A stretch of DNA of 57,780 nucleotides, filler included, from Jimgerdemannia flammicorona (GCA_003990765.1; 3 parts of 3 records of this genome joined end to end with filler, not necessarily neighbours in it), one strand, 5' to 3'. Counted from the first letter of the whole stretch, positions 25,701 through 36,013 are shown. Made by a program: numbers and translations. Notes: generated by a model not told the origin, from the letters alone.

Positions 25701-26777
25701 TTCTCCTTAGTTAGCAGGATAGTAGTCTTGAATATATATTGGTTGTCCAAACTGTGGTATCTGGGTTATCATCTGGATTTTCTAGAGTGGGTGGTACAGC
25801 AGCTGAAGAAGATTGTAGAAGGGTGGATATGGTGTGGAAGGCATCTACAGATTGAATGAGAGACTTTGGTGATGAGGACTTCTGATGGAGACCTGGGGCT
25901 GGTGAATTTCAGGCACTGGCTGAAGGTACTATAGAGTTGGTGGGGGTGCCGAATGATAGAACTTGGTGAGGAAGGTTGGGGCAGGCTGGCCATGGACAAT
26001 TGAGAGGTCCAGTTCTGCCCTTGTAGTGAGGTCTGGAAGAATATATAGGGCTTACTTCAGGTTGAAAGTATAGGTAGGCTGTGGTTTAAGGGGTTCTGGT
26101 GGGGCATTGTGGAAGCCTGGCTGGCCATGAGGTTAGCAGGCCCAGAGATAGAGGTGGGTGAGAACCCTGAGCAGAGATGGTGGTGATTGGGAGACCTGCA
26201 CATTGGTGGCCATAGTTTGAAGGAGTACTCTTTGATTGAGGCAATGGAGTGGATCAGGTCTGGCCCTCTGGAGAGATGGCCACCTGGTTGGCAGAGAGCT
26301 GGTATTGGTGAGGACTGGGAGTGGGTTCATATTTAGAATTGAGAAGTCTTGGTATGCAAGATGGTGCCCTCCAAATACTGGGTAGTTTGGTGGCGATTCT
26401 TGAGGCATAATGTGATGCTGAGCTATTGGACAGACTGGATGGAGGTAGATGGCTATCAGGATGGTAAGTAGTGTAATGAGGTGGATGGAGGGGTTGTTCA
26501 GATACCAGAACATGTTCTGGGGGTCTGCCCAGGAGTGGAAGGGTTTTGGTGGTGTTTGGAAGGTTACTGGGGCTCAGAGAGGCGAAGAGCAGAGGATCCA
26601 GCCAGTCTGATGGTCAAGCACTGGCTGGTAGGGGAAATTGGTGATACATGGGGGGGTCTAGGTCGAGTTTTGAGGGTCTGGGTCTTGATGGCAGTGCATT
26701 GGCAGTGGATTTTTGAACAGGACCCATAGATGGGAATTGGAGAGATGGTGGAGAGGTGGAGGTGGCTTATTCAGGAA
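22709..26777 (+). mobile_element. L1/Tx1-clade LINE, 5'-truncated and decayed (ORF1 C-terminus; ORF2 APE-RT-zf from ~23286)
   Basis: APE motifs VFLQD, ILGGDFN, IDW, SDH; RT motifs SSPGEDGLPWEF, NW.PIMLLNVD.K, FLDQEKAYDRV, GVPQRDPLSPLLY, FVDD; C-terminal CxxC...H...CP remnant. Many stops. Confidence 0.92.
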
Positions 26778-27278
26778 AGGAGGAAGAAGGCCCAGCGGGA
26801 GCCAAGGGAGCGAACCCAGAGCCAGTGTCAAAGCAAACGGAAGACATGTGGAAGAGTATGTATAAGGGGGATGAACAAAGAATGTAACTGAAAATGTATC
26901 AGCCATTTATTGCCACGTAAAAATGTGGTCCTTATATACAAAATATGACATCCCAAAAGGGAGGACACACCACAACTCAGGGCGAACTGAATTAGGAACC
27001 ACATGACTGCCAGAGATAGGCGGAGATAAAGGGGGAGCCAATTCCAGTTGCAGGATAAAAATCACAAACAAACACAAACAAAACAAATCCAAATCGAGAT
27101 TAAAAAACATCCGCAGACCCCGGAGGGGTGAGCACAAGTGAGGGGTGAGGCCAAAACAGAGCAAGCCACAGTGAGCCCAAGCGAAGTAAGGGGCCGAAGG
27201 CAGCAGAGGGGAGTGGAGTAAGGCCGAGACCCCGGAGTGAGCACGAGACCCCAGAGGGGGCAAGGATGTTTTTTAATC
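26778..27278 (-). repeat. 3' pseudo-LTR of the left arm (direct repeat of 30436-30936; inverted copy at 34414-34916)
   Basis: Near-identical ~500-bp blocks. Each includes the first ~70 nt of ORF1 and the 15-bp inverted repeat gattaaaaaacatcc/ggatgttttttaatc (27098-27112/27264-27278). Confidence 0.9.
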
Positions 27279-29357
27279 CTCTCCGACAGAACCGGAGGCA
27301 CCAGAAGGTGATGAAAATGCAAAACGAGAGCAATGGATTGAAGAAGAAACAGAAGGAAGATGCGAACGAGTAATCAGAGGGTATCGGGAAAGAGATAAAA
27401 GTCCATGGCGTGAAAGAGAAGAGCGCAGGACGGTATCAGGGCGTTGAGCGACCCAGTGAGCATGATCAAATGGTACAACGAGAATCGGGGGTGGGAAAGA
27501 AGAGGGGGTACAGAGAGGGTAAGGGGGGAGAGAGGGAAGGGAGGGGGGGTAAAGGGGAGAGAGTAGGGAAGAGCGAACAACAGACCATTCAACAGAAGCA
27601 AGCAGATCACAAACGATAGAAATAGGGTAGGCATGACGATGGACCACGAAGTTACCAAGAACCTGAACAGCAAACACCCAATCAGAATGACGGGAGCAGC
27701 ATAATGCAAGACAACGAGCCTCACCACAAACACATTCAAGAAGAGTGTGACAAGGATGGTTGGACAAGAAGTCAGGGAACTGTTGGGAACAGGGAAAATG
27801 GGAATAAACAACAGTTCGGAAGGGAGAAAGAGAAATGGAAAGGTCCAAAAAAGGAATACTAGTCATACTGCATACCCAAGTAATAGAATGATGGGGAGGG
27901 TAGACACCCAGGAACACACTAGGAATATTAATGCCAGCAACAGCAAAGACAATAAAGTCATCAATGTATCGGCGAAAGAAGATATCCCCAGCCCAGAATG
28001 CAATGGAAAGAGGTGAAGTAATATCACGTAATGTATGCAATTCATGGGCCAGGCCAATGAGGTTGGCAAGGGTGGGGGCACAATTCGTACCCATAGCAAT
28101 ACCAGAAGTCTGGTGAAAGGAGCCAAGAGCCGACTCAAAATAATTCGAGCCGCAGACAAGGAGCATAAGCTCAACAATAGAAGCCAGCGAAACCAGGGAA
28201 TCCAAAGGAAAAACCAAGAAACCCAAGAAGTGAAGGCAATCATCGATCTCATCAAAACGAATAGCAGTATAGAAGAAAGAGAAGTCACCAGAGGCCAGAT
28301 GGGAAAAACGGTGAACAGGTACAATGGTGGAGCAGAGAAGAGTGAGCTCCTGAGTATCACGAAGAATAGTATACTCAGGCCCAAGACGGTGTTGTAAGAG
28401 AGCCATCCAGGAGAGAAAGAAGTGGGATAACCACTTCGAAATCTTGGTGGTAGGAGAACTGTAAGCAGCCGTAATAGGACGCCAAGCCAAAACAGGCTTG
28501 TGAACTTTAGGAAGAACATAGAAAACTGGAAGAGAAATATCCGGGGAGGACAAAGAGTCCTGGAAGAAGTTAAAAATGGGGTTCGCGAATGGGAAATCCA
28601 AAAGCGATCTAGCATGAGCCAGAGAAACCCGAAGAAGAGTGAGAATCTCATCCAATCCAAGAGCACTAGGCTCATAAGCCATGGCTCGAAGGAGGGCAGA
28701 AAGGCCATCAAGGTAAAGCAACTTAGGAATAAGTGCAAAACTCTGATTCTTATCAGTGACTGTGAGCAAATGCATAGGCAATTGCTTGACCGATTTAAGT
28801 GCAGTATGCACAGCACAGTCCGAAACCAAGCAAGAACGAGCTCGTCCAGGAATGGACAGTGAGCAAGCCATGTCGAGGAATACGCAGTATGAAGAGATAT
28901 TGGGAGGGGGGACCCAATCGCTAGGAACAAAATAGCGAGAGGGCATCTCACCATGATCTTGAAAGAAGATGGCAAGGTCAAGAGCACAATGAAAACATGT
29001 TAGACGAGTCAGATCAGTGAAAGAGAATTGTGAGGGAGTCGCAGGAAAAACAAAACAAGGACCCAAGGATAAAGCAAAGACTTGAAGGGGAGAAAGGGGG
29101 CAGTCAGCCAAAGAAAAAGGAGGAGACAAAAGAGCTCCAAGAGAAGAGTAAACCCGAAAGTTCGGGACAAGCAACTGGGAAAGACGAAGGGGGGACAACA
29201 TGAGGAACCACTCAGGGTGCACCAGAAGTGACGATGGAATCCGAGAAGGGACAGGGACACTGGGGAAGAACCACGCTGGGGGGAAGTTTAAGAGCAGGAG
29301 GCCTTTCCCTTCCCTCTGACTTTTTTTGAAGGTGGTGAGCCCGACAAATGGGAGCAC
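27273..29357 (-). CDS. Penelope-like reverse transcriptase (ORF2), no GIY-YIG endonuclease
   Basis: TDKN, FYVLPKVHK...WRPI, SGDFSFFYTAI, QTSGIAMGTNCAPTLANL, FRRYIDD, IPFLDL. Protein ends shortly after the thumb; open for 694 codons. Confidence 0.9.
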   Translation of the reverse strand: MLPFVGLTTFKKSQREGKGLLLLNFPPAWFFPSVPVPSRIPSSLLVHPEWFLMLSPLRLSQLLVPNFRVYSSLGALLSPPFSLADCPLSPLQVFALSLGPCFVFPATPSQFSFTDLTRLTCFHCALDLAIFFQDHGEMPSRYFVPSDWVPPPNISSYCVFLDMACSLSIPGRARSCLVSDCAVHTALKSVKQLPMHLLTVTDKNQSFALIPKLLYLDGLSALLRAMAYEPSALGLDEILTLLRVSLAHARSLLDFPFANPIFNFFQDSLSSPDISLPVFYVLPKVHKPVLAWRPITAAYSSPTTKISKWLSHFFLSWMALLQHRLGPEYTILRDTQELTLLCSTIVPVHRFSHLASGDFSFFYTAIRFDEIDDCLHFLGFLVFPLDSLVSLASIVELMLLVCGSNYFESALGSFHQTSGIAMGTNCAPTLANLIGLAHELHTLRDITSPLSIAFWAGDIFFRRYIDDFIVFAVAGINIPSVFLGVYPPHHSITWVCSMTSIPFLDLSISLSPFRTVVYSHFPCSQQFPDFLSNHPCHTLLECVCGEARCLALCCSRHSDWVFAVQVLGNFVVHRHAYPISIVCDLLASVEWSVVRSSLLSPLYPPSLPSLPPYPLCTPSSFPPPILVVPFDHAHWVAQRPDTVLRSSLSRHGLLSLSRYPLITRSHLPSVSSSIHCSRFAFSSPSGASGSVGED

Positions 29358-30505
29358 ACCCCGTCAGAGTGCCAGACCTTGTGGCCACAGGCCTTCGTGC
29401 AGCCCTTACATTTAGGGGCATGGGTGGAGGAGGCGGAGGAGGAACCGGCAGAGGAGGCTGAAGGCGAGCGAGCAGCCGAAGGAGCAGCAGCGTGAGGAAC
29501 ACCACCATGAGGACAGATAGACTTGGCCAGGTGCCAGTAGGTACGGTGGAGGCGACCGGAGCAGACAGCGCAAGGCCAGGCCCCGACAGGGCGAGAACCA
29601 AGTTGGCGGCCACACTTGGGGGCAGGGGGAATAGAGGAGGAAGCCTTGGTGGGGGAGGGGGACCGGGAAGAGGCCGATGAAGCCTGGTTGGGCTTGGCGG
29701 GGGTCTTGGTGGGGGTCTTGGAGGGGGCCTTGGCGGCAGCAGCGGTGAAGGAATGAACCTCAGCATGAGCAGTGGCATGAGCTTCAGCACGGATGGCCTT
29801 GGAGACTGAAACCTCGGGGGAGGTAGGCAGAGGAGCAGTGGCGGCGGTGCGAGCAGCGGCGGCAGCATGTGATGACTCCTGCTCATGAAGGCGAGCAACA
29901 AAAGAAGTACCGGCGAGGAGGAAACGACGTACAGCATCAATGTTGGCAGCGACAGAAGGAACGTCTTGGATGGTGAAGCCGCAGAAGGGGGCAGCATCCG
30001 AAAGGCGAGAGGAGGTGAAGGCCACGAAAGCGGCACAGGCATGTTGGAAGGAGGCGGAAGTGGTGGTGGCAGAAGCAGCGGTGGCATCAGCAGCAGCGAG
30101 CTTGGCAGTGGCAGTGGCAGTGTGAACCTCTTCGGAGAGGGCTTGGTGGCGGGCCTCGGGGAGAACAGAGTAGCGGATGGCGGGCGGAGCGACAATGTTG
30201 ACGTCATGGCGGAGACGAGCCTCCTTGGCGGAGAGGGCAAGAACCGACCGGAACTGAGAGAGGAGCAGATGACCAGAAGGAAGAAGGTCCAGGGGGAGGG
30301 AAAGGATGGTAGAAGAGACATAGGTCTCGAAGGAGACAGTGGCAGGGGTGAAGGCAGGGGGAGGGGGAGGAGGAAGTACCTCATCTATGAGCTCATTGAC
30401 AAAGACAGAGGCCCCGAGGGCAGGCAGTACAGCAGAGGAGGAAGAAGGCCCAGCGGGAGCCAAGGGAGCAAACCCAGAGCCAGTGTCAAAGCGAACGGAA
30501 GACAT
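29288..30505 (-). CDS. PLE ORF1, Ala/Ser/Pro-rich with two C-terminal Cys/His clusters
   Basis: 405 aa from ATG; CAVC..RLHRTYWH...ICPH and CKGC..ACGHKVWH...VCSH; open in both arms. Confidence 0.8.
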   Translation of the reverse strand: MSSVRFDTGSGFAPLAPAGPSSSSAVLPALGASVFVNELIDEVLPPPPPPAFTPATVSFETYVSSTILSLPLDLLPSGHLLLSQFRSVLALSAKEARLRHDVNIVAPPAIRYSVLPEARHQALSEEVHTATATAKLAAADATAASATTTSASFQHACAAFVAFTSSRLSDAAPFCGFTIQDVPSVAANIDAVRRFLLAGTSFVARLHEQESSHAAAAARTAATAPLPTSPEVSVSKAIRAEAHATAHAEVHSFTAAAAKAPSKTPTKTPAKPNQASSASSRSPSPTKASSSIPPAPKCGRQLGSRPVGAWPCAVCSGRLHRTYWHLAKSICPHGGVPHAAAPSAARSPSASSAGSSSASSTHAPKCKGCTKACGHKVWHSDGVCSHLSGSPPSKKVRGKGKASCS

Positions 30506-31186
30506 GTGGAAAAGCGTGTATAAGGGGGATGAACAAAGAACATAACCGAAATTGCATCAGCCATTTATTGCCATGTAAAAACGTGGTCCTTATATACAAA
30601 ATATGACATCCCAAAAGGGAGGATGCACCACAACTTGGGGCGAACCGAATTAGGAACCACATGACCGCCGGAGATAGGTGGAGATAAAGGGGGAGCCAAT
30701 CCCAGTTGCAGGATAAAAATCACAAACAAACACAAACAAAACAAATCCAAATCGAGATTAAAAAACATCTGCAGACCCTGGAGGGGTGAGCGCGAGCGAG
30801 GGGTGAGGCCGAAACGGAGCAAGCTGCAGTGAGCCCAAGTGAAGCGAGGGGCCGAAGGCAGCAGAGGGGAGCAGAGTAAGGCCAAGACCCCGGAGTGAGC
30901 GCGAGACCCCGGAGGGGGCCAGGATATTTTTTAATCTCGATTTGGATTTGTTTTGTTTGTGTTTGTTTGTGATTTTTATCCTGCAACTGGGATTGGCTCC
31001 CCCTTTATCTCCGCCTATCTCCGGTGGTCATGTGGTTCCTAATTCGGTTCGCCCCGAGTTGTGGTGCATCCTCCCTTTTGGGATGTCGTATTTTGTATAT
31101 AAGGACCGCGTTTTTATGTGGCAATAAATGGCTGATGTAATTTCGGTTACATTCTTTGTTCATCCCCCTTATACATGCTTTTCCAC

Positions 31187-32404
31187 ATGTCTTCCATTCG
31201 CTTTGACACTGGCTCTAGGTTTGCTCCCTTGGCTCCCGCTGGGCCTTCTTCCTCCTCTGCTGTACCGTCTGCCCTCGGGGCCTCCGTCCTCGTCAACGAG
31301 CTCATGGATGAGATACTTCCTCCTCCCCCTCCCCCTGCCTTCACCTCTACCACTGTCTCCTTCGAGACCTATGTCTCTTCTGCCATCCTTTCTCTCCCCC
31401 TGGACCTTCATCCTTCTGGTCATCCGCTTCTCTCTCAGTTCCGGTCGGTTCTTGCCCTCTCCGCCAAGGAGGCTCGTCTCTGCCATGACATCGACATCAT
31501 CGCTCCGCCCACCATCTGCTACTCTGTTCTCCCCGAGACCCGCCGCCAAGCCCTCTCTGAAGAGATTCGCACCACCACTGCCACCGCCAAGCTTGCTGCC
31601 GCTGATGCCACTGCTGCTTTCGCTGCCACCGCTTCTGCCTCCTTCCAACATGCCTGTGCCGCTTTCATGGCCTTCGCCTCCTCTCACCTTTCAGATGCTG
31701 CCCCCTTCTGCAGCTTTACCATCCAAGACGTTCCTTCTGTCGCTGCCGACATTGACGCTGTATGTCATTTCCTCCTCGCCGGCACCTCTTTTGTTGCTCG
31801 CCTTCACGAGCAGGAGTCATCATGTGCTGCCGCCACTGCTCGCGCCACCACCACTGCTCCTCTGCCTACCTCCCCCAAGGTTTCGGTCTCCGAGGCCATC
31901 CGCGCCGAAGCTCATGCTGCTGCTCGTGCTGAGGTTCGTTCCTTTGCCACTGCCACCACCAAGGCCCCCTCCAAGACCCCCGCCAAGACCCCCGCCAAGC
32001 CCAACCAGACTTCATCGGCCTCTTCCCGGTCCCCCTCCCCTGCCAAGGCTTCCTCCTCCATTCTCCCTGCCCCCAAGCATGGCCGCCAACTTGGTTCTTG
32101 CCCTGTTGGGGCCTGGCCTTGCACTGTCTGCTCCGGTCACCTCCACCATGCCTACTGGCACCCGGCCAAGTCCGTCTGTCCTCATGGTGGTGTTTCTCGT
32201 GCTGCTGCCCCTTTGGCTGCTCGCTCGCCTTCGGCCTCCTCCGCCGGTTCCTCCTCTACCTCCTCCACCTGTGCCCCTGAATGTAAGGGCTGCACAAAGG
32301 CCTGTGGCCACAAGGTCTGGCACTCTGACGGGGTGTGCTCCCATTTGTCGGGCTCGCCACCTTCAAAAAAAGTCAGAGGGAAGGGGAAGGCCTCCCGCTC
32401 TTAA
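31187..32404 (+). CDS. PLE ORF1, right-arm copy
   Basis: Collinear homolog of 29288-30505; open frame. Confidence 0.78.
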   Translation: MSSIRFDTGSRFAPLAPAGPSSSSAVPSALGASVLVNELMDEILPPPPPPAFTSTTVSFETYVSSAILSLPLDLHPSGHPLLSQFRSVLALSAKEARLCHDIDIIAPPTICYSVLPETRRQALSEEIRTTTATAKLAAADATAAFAATASASFQHACAAFMAFASSHLSDAAPFCSFTIQDVPSVAADIDAVCHFLLAGTSFVARLHEQESSCAAATARATTTAPLPTSPKVSVSEAIRAEAHAAARAEVRSFATATTKAPSKTPAKTPAKPNQTSSASSRSPSPAKASSSILPAPKHGRQLGSCPVGAWPCTVCSGHLHHAYWHPAKSVCPHGGVSRAAAPLAARSPSASSAGSSSTSSTCAPECKGCTKACGHKVWHSDGVCSHLSGSPPSKKVRGKGKASRS

Positions 32405-34419
32405 ACTTCCCCCCAGCATAGTTCTCCCCCGGTATCCCCATCCCTTCTCAGATTCTGTCATCGCTTCTGGTGCACCCTGAGTGATTCCTCATGTTGTCCC
32501 CCCTTTGTCTTTCCCAGTTGCTTGTCCCGAACTTTCGGGTTTACTCTTCTCTTGTAGCTCTTTTGTCTCCTCCTTTTTCTTCAGCTGACTGCCCCCTTTC
32601 TCCCCTTCAAGTCTTTGCCTTATCCTTGGGTCCTTGTTTTGTTTTTCCTGTGACTCCCTCACAATTCTCTTTCACTGATCCGGCTCATCTAACACGTTTT
32701 CATCATGCTCTTGACCTTGCCATCTTCTTTCAAGATCGTGGTGAGATGCCCTCTCGCTATTTTGTTCCTAGCGATTGGGTCCCCCCTCCCAATGTCTCTT
32801 CATACTGCGTATTCCTCGACATGGCTTGCTCACTGTCTGTTCCTGGATGAGCTCATTCTTGCTTGGTTTTGGACCATGCCATGCGTACTGCACTTAAATC
32901 GGTCAAGCAATTGCCTATGCATTTGCTCACAGTCACTGATAAGAATCAGGGTTTTGCACTTATTCCTAAGTTGCTTTACCTTGATGGCCTTTCTGCCCTC
33001 CTTCGAGCCACGGCTTACAAGCCTAGTGCTCTTGGATTGGATGAGATTCTCACTTTTCTTTGGGTTTCTCTGGCTCATGCTAGATTGCTTTCAGATTCCC
33101 CATTCACGAACCCCATTTTTAACTTCTTCCAGGACTCTTTGTTCTCCCTGGATATTTCTCTTCCGGTTTTCTATGCTCTTCCTAAAGTTCACAAGCCTGT
33201 TTTGGCTTGGCGTCCTATTACGGCTGCTTACAGTTCTCCTACCACCGAGATTTCGAAGTGGTTATCCCGCTTCTTTCTCTCCTGGATGGCTCTCTTACAA
33301 CACCGTCTTGGGCCTGAGTATACTATTCTTCATGATACTCAGGAGCTTGCTCTTCTCTGCTCCACCATTGTGCCTGTTCACTGTTTTTCCCATCTGGCCT
33401 CTGGTGACTTCTCTTCCTTCTATACTGCTATTCATTTTGATGAGATCGATGATTGCCTTCGCTTCTTGGGTTCCTTGGTTTTTCCTTTGGATTCCCCAGT
33501 TTTGCTGGCTTCTATTGTTGAGCTTACACTCCTTGTCTGCAGCTCGAATTATTTTGAGTCGGCCCTTGGCTCCTTTCACCAGACTTCTGGTATTGCCATG
33601 GGTACGAATTGTACCTCCACCCTTGCCAACCTCGTTGGCCTGGTCCATAAATTGTGTGCGTTATGTGATATTACTTCACCTCTTTCCATTGCATTCCAGG
33701 CTGGGGATATCTTCTTTTGCCGATATATTGATGACTTTATTGTCTTTGCTGTTGCTGGCATTGATATCCCTAGTATGTTCCTGGGCATCTACCCTCCCCA
33801 TCATTCTATTACTTGGGTATACAGTATGACTAGTATTCCTTTTTTGGACCTTTCCATTTCTCTTTCTCCCTTCCGAACTGTTGTTTATTCCCATTTTCCC
33901 CATTCCCAACAGTTTCCTGACTTCTTGTCCAACTATCCTCATCGCACTCTTCTTGAATGTGTTTGTGGTGAGGCTCATCGTCTTGCATTATGCTGCTCCC
34001 ATCATTCTGATTGGGTGTTTGCTGTTCGGGTTCTTGGTAACTTCATGGTCCATTGTTGTGCCTACCCTATTTCTATCGTTCGCGATCAGCTTGCTTCTGT
34101 TGAATGGTCTGTTGTTCGCTCTTCCCTACTCTCTCCCCTTTACCCCCCCTCCCTTTCCTCTCTCTCCCCTTACCCTCTCTGTACCCCCTCTTCTTTCCCA
34201 CCCCCGATTCTCATTGTACTATTTGATCATGCTCGCTGGGTCGCTCAATGCCTTGATACCATCCTGCGCTCTTCTCTTTCACGCCATGGACTTTCATCTC
34301 TTTCCCGATGCCCTCTGATTGCTCGTTCGCGTCTTCCTTCCATTTCTTCTTCAATCCATTGCTCTTGTTTTGCGTTTTTGTCACCTTCTGGTGCCTCCGG
34401 TTCTGCCGGAGAGGATTAA
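32335..34419 (+). pseudogene. PLE reverse transcriptase, right-arm copy with two premature TGA stops (32482, 32848)
   Basis: Same motifs (ALPKVHK, GIAMGTNC, RYIDD). TGG->TGA and CGA->TGA relative to the left arm. Confidence 0.88.
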
Positions 34420-34916
34420 AAAACATCCTGGCCCCCTCTGGGGTCTCGCGCTTGCTCCGGGGTCTTGGCCTTACTCTGCTCCCCTTCGCTGCCTTCAGCC
34501 CCTCGCTTTGCTTGGGCTCGCTGCGGCTCACTCCGTTTCGGCCTCACCCCTTGCTCATGCTCACCCCTCCGGGGTCTGCGGATGTTTTTTAATCTCGATT
34601 TGGATTTGTTTTGTTTGTGTTTATTTGTGATTTTTATTCTGCAACTGGGATTGGCTCCCCCTTTATCTCCATCTATCTCTGGTGGTCATGTGGTTCCTAA
34701 TTCGGTTCGCCCCGAGTTGTGGCGCATCCTCCCTTTTGGGACATTGTATTTTGTATATAAGGACTGTGTTTTTACATGGCAATAAATGGCTGATGCAATT
34801 TCGGTTACGTTCTTTGTTTGTCCCCCTTATACACACTTTTCCACATGTCTTCCGTTCGCTTTGACACTGGCTCTGGGTTTGCTCCCTTGGCTCCCACTGG
34901 ACCTTCTTCCTCCTCT

Positions 34917-35137
34917 TTCAGTCATTGGCATATGGTTGGGTTTTCCCTAATAGTAGGGAGAGCATAGTGTACAGAATGAGGTATGGGCCACATAGGCCCT
35001 GCTATATCTAGTATAGTTGAGCTGCTAGACAATAGCTAGCCTAGGTTAATAGGGGGGCAGTACTTAGTGGGTGGTGGGGGAGGGTTTTGGCCTATATAGT
35101 CTAGGTTCCCTTTTAATAAAAATCCATGAGACATTAA

Positions 35138-35168
<31 letters not shown>

Positions 35169-35170
35169 AA
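34917..35170 (+). mobile_element. LINE 3' end with poly(A) tail
   Basis: Matches the reverse complement of 1-232; aataaa at ~35114; ~A25 tail at ~35146-35170. Confidence 0.85.
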
Positions 35171-36013
35171 GAGGGATTATTATCTTCTGCTTTGTCTTCA
35201 TCAAATCAGATTATATCATAGACATCCTTCATAGTATAACCAACTTGAGGCATTTGCAGGATATAGTCATCAGGGTGTAGGAAGGTTCTGTCTGTGGTCT
35301 GAATATACTTGAGATACTTGTGATTGAGTTCTTATATCATATCATCTATTTGGTCATAGGATAGAGTAGCAATCATTTCAGTAGTAGTAACTCAGAGGCA
35401 GGAAATAATAGTGCTATATTTATAGAAGAGTTCTTGATGTTTGCAGGCAATGAGTTTCTGGTATTGAGACATCTGGATAATGTCTGTATTGTGATAGTAT
35501 TTGATCATATCTTCTAGAAGATGGCTGATCTGGTAGTAGCTTGAGATTTGTCCGATTCAGTGGGCTTCACTAAGTATGTTCAGGGTATTCCATTGAGCTT
35601 CTACAAAGTAGAGAGGTATTAAGCTATGGATATTCATGAGGGGCAGAGAGAGTGTGGCTCAGTTGCAATGACATTCTAAATATCAGTATAGATGTAGTTG
35701 TAGATCTCAGTAGTCATGTTTGTATATATTCAGGAGTTGTAGTTGTGTATTTAGTTTGTTTTGGTTCTCTGTTTTGATGCATTTTGGTACTTAGTATATA
35801 TGTATTTAGTCCTAATTGGTAAGATTCTATTTATGTAAATCTTATATTCTATAACTTCATATTGACTCAGCTTTGTGTGCTGTGACTTCAGTTTGACTTA
35901 GCTTCATGATCTTGCAGGTTATTTCCAGATTTGTTCAGAGGTCACATGTGATTTCAGTGGCTTGTTCTGAGGGTGATATATGATTTCAGTGGCTTGGAGA
36001 TTGTGTGCTTACA
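35171..36013 (-). mobile_element. Partial second copy of the long ORF-bearing LTR-like unit
   Basis: Collinear with 20898-21764; begins TGTAAGCA on the - strand; truncated at the LINE poly(A). Confidence 0.75.

Larger units (their letters stand above)
26778..34916. mobile_element. 8.1-kb palindromic (head-to-head) endonuclease-deficient Penelope-like retroelement
   Basis: 26778-30769 is the reverse complement of 30923-34916 around a 153-nt spacer. Each arm has ORF1, a PLE-type RT and a ~500-bp pseudo-LTR. Confidence 0.92.

Noticed and set aside
27863..28987. 374-aa ORF overlapping the RT (and its twin 32705-33829; also 29212-30384 and 31128-32480 over ORF1)
   Set aside because: The sense strand is so A-poor that stops are rare in alternative frames; products are Leu/Pro/Phe low-complexity with no motifs.
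31125..31160. Hammerhead ribozyme in the pseudo-LTR (ggctgatg...)
   Set aside because: No CTGANGA core with a correctly placed GAAA in any copy; a divergent variant cannot be excluded without a covariance search.
26778..34916. DIRS/Ngaro or TIR DNA transposon interpretation of the inverted structure
   Set aside because: RT motifs are PLE-type; no tyrosine recombinase, RNase H or transposase is encoded.
26778..34916. Palindrome as a simple amplification/assembly fold-back artefact
   Set aside because: The arms differ by many independent transitions (including arm-specific stops) and have different flanks, so they have aged separately in the genome.
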